64,000 bases of DNA from Balanoglossus misakiensis (lineage: Eukaryota; Animalia; Hemichordata). The stretch is from contig CM082576.2 of the NCBI GenBank assembly GCA_040954595.2, positions 8,497,129 through 8,561,128 of the forward strand. The letters are read 5' to 3'. Below, piece after piece: positions 25,201-37,200 of the stretch; position 1 is the first letter of the stretch; each line of letters starts with the position of its first letter. Both the position numbers and the translations under genes were made by a program. The notes under the pieces are model-generated. The model had not been told where the DNA came from. It saw only the letters and a list, made by a program, of their open reading frames with translations, and ran no database searches.

Positions 25201-28200
25201 TACAAGTTACACTCTGGTGTAATATGTTGGCTCTTTTCGGAGAACGAAGCCCCTTTTTTGTTCTCTCTTTATCGGGTGACCTCTGGAGGTGAATGAATTG
25301 CCCTGGATGAAAAGGTTGGCTACAAATTAATCTCTGAATGGTACGACATAAATCCTGGCTTGAGTGTAAGTCTCTCTGATACCCACTGCGCATTAAATAC
25401 CATGTTCATATTGAACACGCTATACCGACTATATGGATGTAAAGCTAGGCACTGGTCTCATTTTAATTTTGAATGCTGCATTTTCGAGCTGCGGGGAAAT
25501 AGAAGCTAATGCTTAAGCCGAGTGGAGTGCATCTATTTGCCTGTTAGTAAAAAAAAAAACTTTGTAAATGTCTCCCCTGCGCTCTTCACTCTGCATCACG
25601 GGCAGTGTCACGGACAAAATTTGAACATGCCGCAAATGAACAGCCCTAGCCCGCGACCACTGTGTCCAAAACCTCCGTTTTAATCATAATTAATTTCAAC
25701 ACCGCTGTTTGGTCCAAATGCGCTGTTTCCTTGGACCTCGACAGAATGAGACGCAGGGTTGAGAAGGTTTAAAGCAGTGTGGACTTTCAGAAATCATGTA
25801 TTGGAACAGTGTCTCTGGCGGTGCCTTTCGTACGTATGCCGCCTCAACATCCTGCTGCCATGCTAAGCCGTTAGCACGGAGGGCCATCCACATATGGGCA
25901 CCAACTGGTGCCAGCCAAACGGTCTGGCTGCGCACACACGTGCAGTCGCCACACTTTTGTCCGATTTTATGTTACTCCGTTGCAAACTGTTGCACACTTG
26001 ACAAGTATTTGCTACCTTTCTTTGTTTTTACCCTCATTGCAGACTGCTGTGCCCACCCTTTGTTTCCTGTCATTGGCTAGGTAGACAGCATGGTGAAAGT
26101 TTTGTGTTTGTAAACATGAAACTTGACTGCGTACAATTTGCAGTGGACAACCGTGGCATTTTAAAATCTACAGTTCTATCTTTTTTTCAAAAATACCACA
26201 AATTAAAATTTCATGGAGTTTGGTGGCCACTGTGAATTTTAAATATCAACTGTACGTTGCACGGATAAACTGTGAGCAACCTTTAAGAACGCATGTGTGA
26301 AGGTGTAAAAAACACTAATTGTGTCTGTGACAAACTTCCAGCAAGAGAGAGACATTTTATGCAAAGTTTAGTTATCCTTTGATTCCATACTTTGAGAACA
26401 TTTTTATGTTACATTTTTTATTGTTTGTTTTGGAGTGAATAAAACATAACAAAAAGCACGAGCCTCACGACACTACTTTTTTACAGCATAACTAGAGATA
26501 ATATAGCTGTTTCCATAGTTCTTTTACAACCTTTGCACCAGTAAAAAACTAAGCCCACTATTTTTAATCATTAAAACTGTTTTACGAATACTTTAAATGG
26601 GTTTCGAGCATGTCACAGACATAGTTTTGGACACACCTGCTGAATGCAATATTAAAATGTGAATTGGCACTAAATATAAACATTAAATACAAACATTTAG
26701 TTGGACATTAGGAGTGAAAAAAGTCTGTGTGTTGTATCTGATCAAAACTTTCCTATACAAGTTAAATAGCAGAACATTGATTCAAGACTTTGGTTTATTG
26801 CTGTCTTTGTTACAATTTAAAAAAAATAAAATGTGGATGACCAACATCCAGTGGCCACTATCTCGCACTTCACATACTTTGACAGCAGCTACGAGCGCTG
26901 CAAGGCCACAACTATGGTCCACCCAATCTTATGCAACCTCCGCCCCTCGGCAATAAAAAATGGGAACTGTATCAAGATACATTGGCCGCCAAACAATGTG
27001 CCGATATGTTTGTGGCCAGATGAGTCGCGTGAGAACCGGTCCCGGGGAACTTGTAATGTGGTAATGGCTTGGGAAAAAAAAGAGAGACTGACAATCATTG
27101 ACAATGAGGATGTTTCTGGATGCGTTCCAAGCTTTTTTCTTGAACTCGTCTGTTGTCATCTTCCTGGGAACCCCCTCCAGCTAATACTCTCTATCGCTCA
27201 AACTTTCCTCCCTGGCCACTTTGTCTTTGCTCACGAAGGCGGACAAAATCCAGGCCCGGGCAACACCTTTTCACTGTGCAACAGCATGCGGTCCCCCCCA
27301 AAGAAAAAAAAACAAGACGGATATCGAAATGGCACAAGCCTGCAGGGATATATAGAAGGGAGCCCTCCAATCCTCCCCCCCTCCCCTCCGTCGTTTTGTC
27401 ACCCTTTTGATGGAATTCTTTCTCTCCAGTGAAAACAGGTGTAATAGCCAACGGCCATGTCATCCCAGGCTCTCTCTCTCTTTAAAGGCTCGCCCAGCGC
27501 CGTTAAACTTTGAAACATTCTGCCGAGAGAATGCAACCAGCCAAGCGGAATTCATTTTATTTTGGTGGTTATGGATCTTCTGCTAGGTCAAGAACAAAAG
27601 CCCGTCTGAATTCATCTCAGTCTGAAACAAAGGCCGATTCACAGGTACTATCATTCCAGTGACAAGCGCACAATGCCCGGCATTCACTCATTCAACTTGT
27701 ATACCCGTCAAGTGTCCATTCACCGCACTTTCTCATATGAATTTTCATGAGCTTTCCACTTGTTGCCCCCCTGTTATTCTGTGTCAATTGAAAACAAACT
27801 TATTGGAGTTGAAGAAGCAACATTATGGCTGAGACTTGCTTTAATTAGAGTCTCCTTTTGTTTTTGGTGATCATTATCTGCCAATAGCGGGACAAAGGGC
27901 CGCAGGAACTGCCTCCCATAATGAGATCCTAGTCACCTCTTTACAGAGGTGCCCCGGGATCAATAGTGAAACCTGGCCGGCTGAGTAAAACAACAAGTGG
28001 ATGATGATTAGGGGAATCTCTAACTGTAAATGGAGATACAAGTAAACTGATTTAGGCCTTAGCTTTTACTCCCCCCGTCACAATGCACACAATATGTTAC
28101 AAACTCTGATTTGACACCGCGCTGCAAACACATCGGGATAACACACTAACACATGCACACACACACACAACTGATCAGGTGTAAACATAGTCACTGAGCC

Positions 28201-31200
28201 CAGTGCGACAAACTACACACACATGGCATACCTCAGAACAAGTTCAATTACGACTTTGACTGGTGATGAGTGCGTGAGGCAGGGATTACAATTTTTTTTG
28301 TGTGTGTGCACAGATTATCATCATCTCACATTTTACCTCCTCTCTCTCTTTTTTCTCTCCCTTCATTCATCTGTCTGCACACGTATACGTGTGTGTTTGC
28401 AATATTTCACTCCAGATACATTTCTGGCAAAAAGGGTACACATGCGTAGCTGACAATCACCTGTCAAAACGATAAGCTGCTTACCGCTTCTCGGTGATGC
28501 TTTCCCTTTTCATTTTTTGTCAGATATACTATCCAATTACCGCGCGCACTGGGCACACAAGGCGCATCACGCCAGCATTACCTTCGTGACTCGGCGACCT
28601 CGCAATTTGATAATTCATCGAGAGTATGGCATCCAGGTCCTTGGGCGGGGGTTTGTTCAGCCCTTCCCTCGCCTTGTCAATCAGCAGCCGGGCTCTATTC
28701 CTGAGTTCCTTCTGTCTCGTCTCTTCCTCCTAGTTGGGGAGAGAGAGAGGAGGAGGAAGAGACAGAATTTCGAGAAATTATTAGGACCGATTTCATAATT
28801 GCCGGACAAGAGTTCATCACTATTGGAGTAATTACAATAATTGACACAATAGCATTTCGGAGATTTTTTTGAGATTATACGGCAGGTGCAGCTGAGGATT
28901 TTTTTTTTTTGCCAATATCTTATTTGATCCTCTTATTGAGTCCGACCAATTATACAGATTGTGTCGAACTGCACTGCTTTCCATCTCTCCATGCCGTGAA
29001 TTCAACCCCCCCCCCTTTCATCTTTTTTATGCGCTCTGTTGACTCTTGGCTTACCGTTGTCATCTTCTCTTTCTTCTGCAGACTCTGAGGAGCGCTGCTC
29101 TTCTTGGCAGACGACTTTGCCACCGCATCTTTTTTCGCTTGCTCTAATAGCCTGCGTGCCCGCAGCTTCAACTCCTGGTCCTTACTCAAGGGTCTCTGCA
29201 AAGGGGGATAAAGAGCGTAAACGGTGGAAAGTTTTAAAAGATTTTCCTTCTCCCTGAGCGTCGTTCAACTTAACGCGCAGGCTTCCACACACGCACACAC
29301 GGACGGCGGTATATATCAGTTAGGCAATGTTAAGTGAAATGCCACCAAACGCACCTCTCAGGTCAAGCAGATTTTCTTGATGAGAAACTGTATGCCCCTT
29401 TTTCGATGGCCAAGACACACCGGCCACCATTGTTTGGCGCAAGAAATCACACACACAACAAAACAAACAGCAGCTGAAAATATGGCAGAGCTCTTAAAAC
29501 AAGAACCAGGCAAACAACACTTCACACGGGATGACAATGGCGGCAGTTATGCTGATAGCAAAAGGCCATTGTCTCACAACCATCTTATTGGCAACTGTTT
29601 TGTTCTTCCTTTTCTTTCAGTGAATTTGCAGATGCTTGTTAGATATTAGCGCAGATTACTGAAATTCATGATAATAACTGGTGCCATCTGTCGCCCAGTA
29701 TAAAGCTTGGAAATTTGAAGAATGTCTGATGTAAAGAAGATGGGATATTTTTTTTGTTTCAATGAACAGGTGTCATTGTAGAGTTTTCAGAAGAAAAAAA
29801 TCAGTGTGTGGGAAATTTGATTGTGATGGAGTATTCTGAAGTATTCTTGGAAACAAAGTATTTGAAAATTGAATATTGCTTGTAGTAAAGAATGTAGAAT
29901 GAGAATATGGCTGTTCGTTAACAGTTGGGATCAAACAACCCCTACAAAGGACACAAAATGTGCAGGTCATACGCCTGTGTATATTCAGCAAATTTTCTAT
30001 AAGATGTTACCCAGCGCTTACTTTTTCAAGTTCAGGGGTAGTAGCAGTATCTGTGAACGTTGGCGAGCTGACGGGACTACTGGGTTGACTCTCTCTACTT
30101 TCTTTGGTTGTTTGCAGAGACGATTTACTCGCAGCCTTGGCATCACCAGATGTGCTCTTTGCGGTCGATTTCTGATCAGCTTTCTCCTTCGCTTTCGCAA
30201 GATCACTTGCGAGGGGTTCAGCGTCCGCTACGCGTTTCTTGCTGAGTTCCGCGTTGGCGCTGTTTATGTTTGGGAGTCTGTCGGTCTCCTTCTTCTGGTC
30301 CTTGCTGGACAGTTGTTGCGCTCTCTCTGCGCCGTTGGACTTCTCCGCGCTTCCTTTGACCACAAGTCCGTTTGCGAGTTTCCCCTCCGCGCCGGCGCTG
30401 GGAACATCGGCAACATCACCTTTCCCCGCAGAAGCCTCTTCCGCAGAATCGCTCCGGGGCGACGGTTCCTCCTCCTTAGTCCTGGCCGACTTGGCCTCGG
30501 CGTCAAACTTGTCCGCCGATATCTTGCTGCTGGAGTCCGACATGAATTTGCCCACCACGTAGGTGCTCTTCTTGTGAGGGTCCCCGATGGTGCCCACTTC
30601 CATGGCCTGCCCCGTGTAGTAAGTTCTCAGTTGGTACAGGTAGGTCATCACCGCTAGTTTGTCAGGCACGTTTAGTAGCACCATGTCTGAAGGATCGATC
30701 AGCTTAGGAATTCCCAGTTTGGCCGCAGCATCAAAGGCCTGCATCGACAAAAATAAAATAAGATACAAACATCAGTTGAAAAAAAAATTTCAATGAAGCA
30801 CTTCCATCAGCAGTGAACCAAAAACCACACTATTTTTTTTTTGGGGGGGGGGGCACAAAGATTATTAAATTAACAGGTATAATTTTATTTATAATATGCT
30901 GGCCAGGTTGAACTCAGGCAAACTTAGTTTACACTGCCACCAATATGTTTACATTTAGGAACACAGGAAATCAAATCCCCTGGATTGTTCTACAAACAGA
31001 GTGCAAAAGACTACGCAGTATTTGGTCTTTCAGCTCAGTCATTCAGTATAGCCCCATTGTTTTTAATGCTGAGGTCAGAACTGTGCACTGGAAAACAGGC
31101 ATGAGTGGGATTAAAACATGGGCCATTTCAAAGAAGCTTGTTTTTCTCTTTTTTCACTTGTTTCTTTGTTTACAATCTGGGGCTTAGGAATCTGTTAGGT

Positions 31201-34200
31201 ACAGACGGGAGTAATCAGACTAGTTCTCTCTGATCACACTCTGAAAAAAGCGCCCAGAATTGCTGAGAAATGTGGTGTCATCTCTTCTCCTCAACATTTT
31301 ATTTTTTTAAGTTTTCCTAGTAAAACATGTACTCTTGCAGTTTGTTCACGGTATGAACAGGATGAAATCACCTCACACTTCAAGCGAGGCAGTACTCAAA
31401 GAAAACTAAACGTTCTACGTGTTAATAATTGGGTACTGCAACGATACAAGTTTTATCACAATCACATACAAATCAATCAGACATGATGACCAATATATAC
31501 TGAAAAATAGTTGGCAACCATTTTTTTGTGTAAAGGCAATAAAATCGAAGCAGACATGCATGCATGAATGCATGGAAACTGTTTTGTATCACGGCTTCTT
31601 TCAGAGTATCGATCCGGACGGATGCGCACACATTTTCCAGCCGAACAACAATGAAGCGACAGGTGTCATTATTTAAACATGGTATTTCTCTCTCTCATTC
31701 TGTCTCTTCCCCTCCCTCCCTCTCTCTTTTCTTTTTTTTCATCTCTCCCGTGACTCATTAAAAGCTTGGGAATTTCACAACCCAGCCGGCGTGGCTGACG
31801 TAACTGTCAATATTATGAAAACATTCCATACATTTTCCCAACGGTAAGTCTCATCCCCTGAACAGGAGACAAGTCTGTAATCTGCGATTGTTCGCCGCTC
31901 CCCAGCCACAAAGGGTAATATTTCCCAAATCAAGGCATGGCTTTCTGCTGCCCTGCTTCCTTTCAGCGGCTGGCACAAAAGCCGGCCACAATGCCCGCGC
32001 CCCGTAATCAGATAGACTCTACTTGGACAAACACCGACACATTCAAGTCGGCCAAATTAGCAGCATATTGCTCCTTTTCTTCCCGGACGGGGCATCTCAT
32101 AGGATAATGAATAGTTGGGTTGCGGTTTAAGCTTTTCTCTCTCTTTCTCCCTCTGAAGAGAAAAATGGAGGGGGGGGGGGAGAAGAAAACGTAACAAAGA
32201 GGGGCATAATACCTTCTTGTTGTTGCCTTTGATGTCGTGGGGAGATAATGCGGGGAAATCACTGTAAAGAAACAAAGCGTGCATGCCTGGTTAAAACAAA
32301 AAAGAAACTCAGAGGCAACAGACAAAACAAGTTATCTTATCTTAGCTTTCATCAGGGTCACATTTCCATATGGAACCTGTCATTCTATAATTTCCTTTCT
32401 TCTCTCTTTTTTTTTCTTTTCTGGGAAAATAGCTACTTGCGCATTTCACTGAATCCTGTCTGGAAGGCGCATTTTTCAACAAACTTTTTTTTTTACAAAA
32501 TAAACAAAACTTACATGAGATCTGGTTGAAAGTGGTGGACAATCGCGCAGAAGGCCAAGCCATTTCTCCAGGATGTTGTCAAATTGGTCACTTTGACACC
32601 CTTGTAACCCTTGGTGATTGTTTTGCACCAGTCCAGGAGCTCGCCGGCTGGCGTCGATTTCTTCGCCGCTCTGGGGCTGTGCACGGGACTGGTCTGACGG
32701 TGTGAAATGAAACGCCCTCGAAAAAGTTATCACCTGAAGAAAAACTTTCACTGATCTCTGTAATATTTTTTTTTCTTTTTGTTAGTGGCCGTGCAGATAA
32801 CATGCCAGTAGAAATGGATAAAAATGAACGCACAGCGACTGATACAATAACATCCGCGAGAGACAATGAAGAGCCCCGTTTTTAACGAGGCTCGCTGTCT
32901 ACCTGATCAATTACAAAACAATGAACACAAAACTCTGACTTGTGTGACATGAATATTGCGGCTGATTGTTATTTTGTGAAACATGCAATGATATTTTTTC
33001 CCTTCACTGTAATAGGGGAAATGTGAGTAATGAATAAACTTATTAATTCCAGACCACCAAAGCATGAAGCAAAATGTTACTTTTTTGTGGGGACAGAAAT
33101 AAATAAAATCACACACAAAGCACGCAGGACATACCGCAGGCAAGAGGTCCGCGCTCGGTTCGTACGACACAGGCGTGGGTGTCGGTGGTGATGTTACGAC
33201 CTTAGTCTCTGAGCTAGTGGTAGTAGTAATGGATGGAGATGAAGAGGGTGATGTATCAGATGCAGTAGTAGTACTGTCCTGCCTGAACGCCCGCGGTGGT
33301 TTGGGCGGCGGTGCAACTGCAAGAGCACCAGCCGTACTAGAAGCAGCAGCAGCAGGAGTAGTAGTAGTTGTAGTAGAAGCAGCAGTTACAGCACCGGCCG
33401 CCGACGTGGACTGTGGGAATTACACGGAGGAGAATGAGATCGCACCGGGGCTGGCTCTTAACATAAATACACGTGTTAATTTTTCATGAATTTACACACA
33501 GAATATTTGTGGAGATTATACATTTACCCAGCTATTAGGAGAAGTGAGGGACATATATATATACAAAGTAAGCAGATTACCATAAAATGGAGAGAATTGA
33601 TAAGAGGAAAGATGAGGGGATCACTGGTAAAGACTTTAGCAGTTAGCACCTTCTTTCCATATTTAGCCAAAGAGGATTTGTTAGAGATACTAGTATGTGG
33701 ACTTATTCCCCGTGTAAGTGGCTAAACAACCGCAATCAGTTTCCCCCCAGTTGTCCCATTAAACAGGCAATAAAAAAAAAAACCTCCACGGCGGGGATAA
33801 AATTCATCCTTTTTTTTTTTTTTGCATGTGGGAGACGTCGGGAATTTCTCCCGTTTTAAAGTGCTCTTGTGGCAAGTCGATCGACATGCTGGGCTAAAAC
33901 AGGCGCACTAAGACTATTAGGGTCTGTAAATCTGCGTAAAACTGTCATTAAATACAGAATAAGAAGCTGCTGTGAGCTCAGAATGCCGTGTGGGTGACTG
34001 AGTATATTGAGCGTGTGTGTTGTATGCTGAATGATGCAAACACACCTTTGCTGTAGCAGCAGTTGTTTCGTGCGACGTGGGTCCGGGTCTCTCTCGTCCC
34101 GGGGGTGGGGAACGCTGATGTGTTCGTGGAGAAGGCACGTTTGGATCTGGTTGCTGGGCAACCGGTGGGGAGGGGGCTTTCCTCTTCTTTTTCTTTCCTT

Positions 34201-37200
34201 CCACATCAGGTTCAAGAAATGGATTATCTCTGTGAAAGAAAAAGAGAGAGAGAGACACAGAGAGAGAAATGGTGTAAATGCTACAGATGGTAGATATTGG
34301 TGAACGTGCATCTCTTTTGAAATGAAAATACAGCTTTCAGCGAAGTGTCACATTGCGCACAGCTTTGGATGCAGAACCCCCCGAGAAATGAAAAGGCACG
34401 GATTCTGACAGTCGACGCAGACATCATGGCAGCAGTCTGCAAGAGGGAGAAAACACTAGCCGAAGATAGAAATATCCGATGACACGAAACAGAGGTGTGT
34501 TAATACCCTGTGTTTTCGGAAAACGTACGTGGGGGCGACGATGGTAACCTTTCAAACGTTGTCCCGACTGATGGGGGAAAAACAACAAAAACAGTCTGTG
34601 AGAACGAGACAAATCTTGCTTCTGGCAGTTAATTTTGGAGCTGTGTGACTTTTGACAGCACGTTGCATGACCTTTCATTGCTTCAATTTTTTTTAAAGAT
34701 CAATGTAACCAGGCATCAAACTTTATAATCTTTGCTTCCCTAAAGATCAACGTGACATTGACGTGATGGAAACCTTTTCACACAACTGACCATTAAAAAA
34801 TCAATGAATGTTCTGTGTCGTTCTAATCATTTCCTCTAATGTCATACTTGAATGAGGAGGCTGGAATGTGGGATATTTTAAAGATTTTTGCAGTGTGAGC
34901 TTGCTTTTACATGAATCCACACTCGGGTATTGACAGAAAAAAATCATGGTGAGGTTTTTAAACCTTTCACCTTCATGGTTTGGTCCAAATCAACTGTTTT
35001 CTATGAGGGTCTATGCTGTGTGCTACAACCTGAAGATCTCAAAACATAGCACATCTGTCAATCAGTGCCCTGAAGTACACCCCAACAACGATATCACCAA
35101 CTCTAAGCTTGCACATAAAATGCTCTGTCTTCCCTAAATTCAAATCAGCTTTTCAGTATCCGTGTTGCACTTGGAGCGAATGAACCCACAGCCGATTGAG
35201 GACACCCTTTTTTTTGCTTTCTCTCTCTCATTTTTCAATCGGCTATTCATGGACAAACCTTACCTGTCTCCATTTCCTTTAAGCGACTTTGGACCCCCCT
35301 ATCAATGTCCATTCCCCCCAAGCCACTCTCTGCCGTTATGTCCGATTCTATGTCTGCATGTGCTTACCGGGTATCGCTGATTCCATCTTTCTTTTATTTG
35401 ATCTTTTAGGACCACAGCATAAGTGGCCTTAATGCACACAGAGTAATTCCAACAGGCATTTCTTTCTCTGTCCAACAGTGACCTCTGTCCTCCCCTCCGC
35501 TAGATTCTCAGTAACCCAATCCCCCCGAGCAATGTCAGTTATTCAAAACTGTGTAAGGAAATACCGTAAATATGGGGCCTTAAATGAGCCACTTGGTCAA
35601 GGCAGCTTGACCGATCAACTAATATGTCGGCTTCAAAAAAAACACCTAAACTGGCCGTGTGTAATAGTGGGATGTCATTTATACCGCAAGAGTTTGAAAT
35701 ATTTGTGTGTGCAGATCGATCGTGCCACTCGTTTGGGGGCTTAAAACATTTGAATGTGTTCACCAGGTTAACTTCTCTCATAGTACAAACAATTTCCAAA
35801 TAGCCAGCATGCCTGTTGACCAAAAGTCAACCTGAGATCAAAAGTGGATGCAACAGATCTTTAATATCGTGGACGAAGTCTAGAAATAGAGTACATAAAC
35901 AGAAAACTCCACACAACAAATCTATGCACGATGTGGACATAGCTACAGAGAGCGAGGTCCAATGCATTCTCCAATAACTCAGAGAGAGGAGCTGACAAGG
36001 CCAAGATTTGGGTGTTGGCAACAACAAACCACCGTTTTGAAATGAATTCTTTCTGCATCTTACTGACGCAAAGATTGATAGGGGGGTTCAAACAAATCGG
36101 GTTGAGGACTTTCTTCTCGTACTGCCGGGCATGGTAAAGAAAATTCGTGTGAAAAAGACTTTATTTTTACGAAGGTGCAACACCAATACAGGGGCAAGAC
36201 ATAATCATGTTTGCTTTACATGATCTGTACAACAGGTCGGCGTATTAAATCTGTATACGACTGGGTACATCGGCTCCAAATGACGTCACACCCTACCATT
36301 GTAAGAGTTGTCAATCGTCTCGCTGAAACATACCCATCCACCCTCCCCCCCCCCCCAAAAAAAAGAGAAGCTTTACAAATACAAGGAATTTCTTTTTTTA
36401 TCATTATATAACCGACTTTGAATACTTTCAAGATGGTCTTTTTCAATGCTCGGTACAAAAATAGCTACGTAAACTCTGCCTGTCTCTCTTTCTCAAAATT
36501 TTTTTGTCCTGGGTGTCCTTGGGTCGTGAAAGGTGGCGGTGTATCAACAATGGGCACTTACTTGTTCAGCTCCTCTTCGTCATCTTCAACGTCAAACGGA
36601 TTGCTGGAGTGCACTACAGGAGTGCTCTCGCCACCTGCCCGGTCGTCCTCGTCAAACGGATTAGCTGCCTCTTCCTCGAACGGGTTGATCGACCCTGGCT
36701 CTTCGAAGGGGTTACTTGATACCACCTCCTCCTCCCCCTCCTCCTCCTCGAACGGGTTAGTCGCCGTGGTCTCATCGTCGAACGGGTTGGCCGACGCGCT
36801 CTTCTGCGGGGCGTTCCCTGATGCAGCTGGCGGCGAGTCGCTGCTGGGTTCACCGAACGGGTTCAGTCGTTTCGGCTTCATCCTGGGTTTGCTCGTGTCC
36901 TCCTCCCTGTTCGCCGTCTTGGCCGGGGTGCACTTTTTGAAAAGGTCTGAACCGCGACGGCGATCAATGAAGAAAAAACACAGAATCTTTTAATTGAGTT
37001 ATTGAAAAAGACAACTTGTGATGTAACAGGTGCAAAATGAATCAAAAGACATCATCATTAAATACTTCATAATGCGTGCTTCAGATATGCATAAACAAGA
37101 TTGAATCTGCTGGTTATAAGGTTACTATTGCCAAGTGACACACTGCCTTGCCAAGTCAAGAGTATTGAGCACTTTTTCCTCCCACTTTCACCTATTTTTA

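Noticed and set aside
26833-27432. 199-aa intronic plus-strand ORF
   Set aside because: Non-ATG start, no motif, homopolymer-derived residues; not credible as a nested gene.
28485-28528. 44-nt exon-like segment with GTAAGC donor just after exon 14
   Set aside because: Would need a 53-nt intron with no pyrimidine tract and breaks the phase.
29869-30657. 262-aa plus-strand ORF
   Set aside because: Antisense shadow of EHBP1 exon 12; no recognisable domain.
33175-33489. Val/Ala-rich plus-strand ORF resembling a membrane protein
   Set aside because: Antisense of the Thr/Ala-rich exon 9.
36418-36993. 191-aa plus-strand ORF with SSNGL repeats
   Set aside because: Reverse complement of the NPF(E/D)(E/D) repeats in exon 7.
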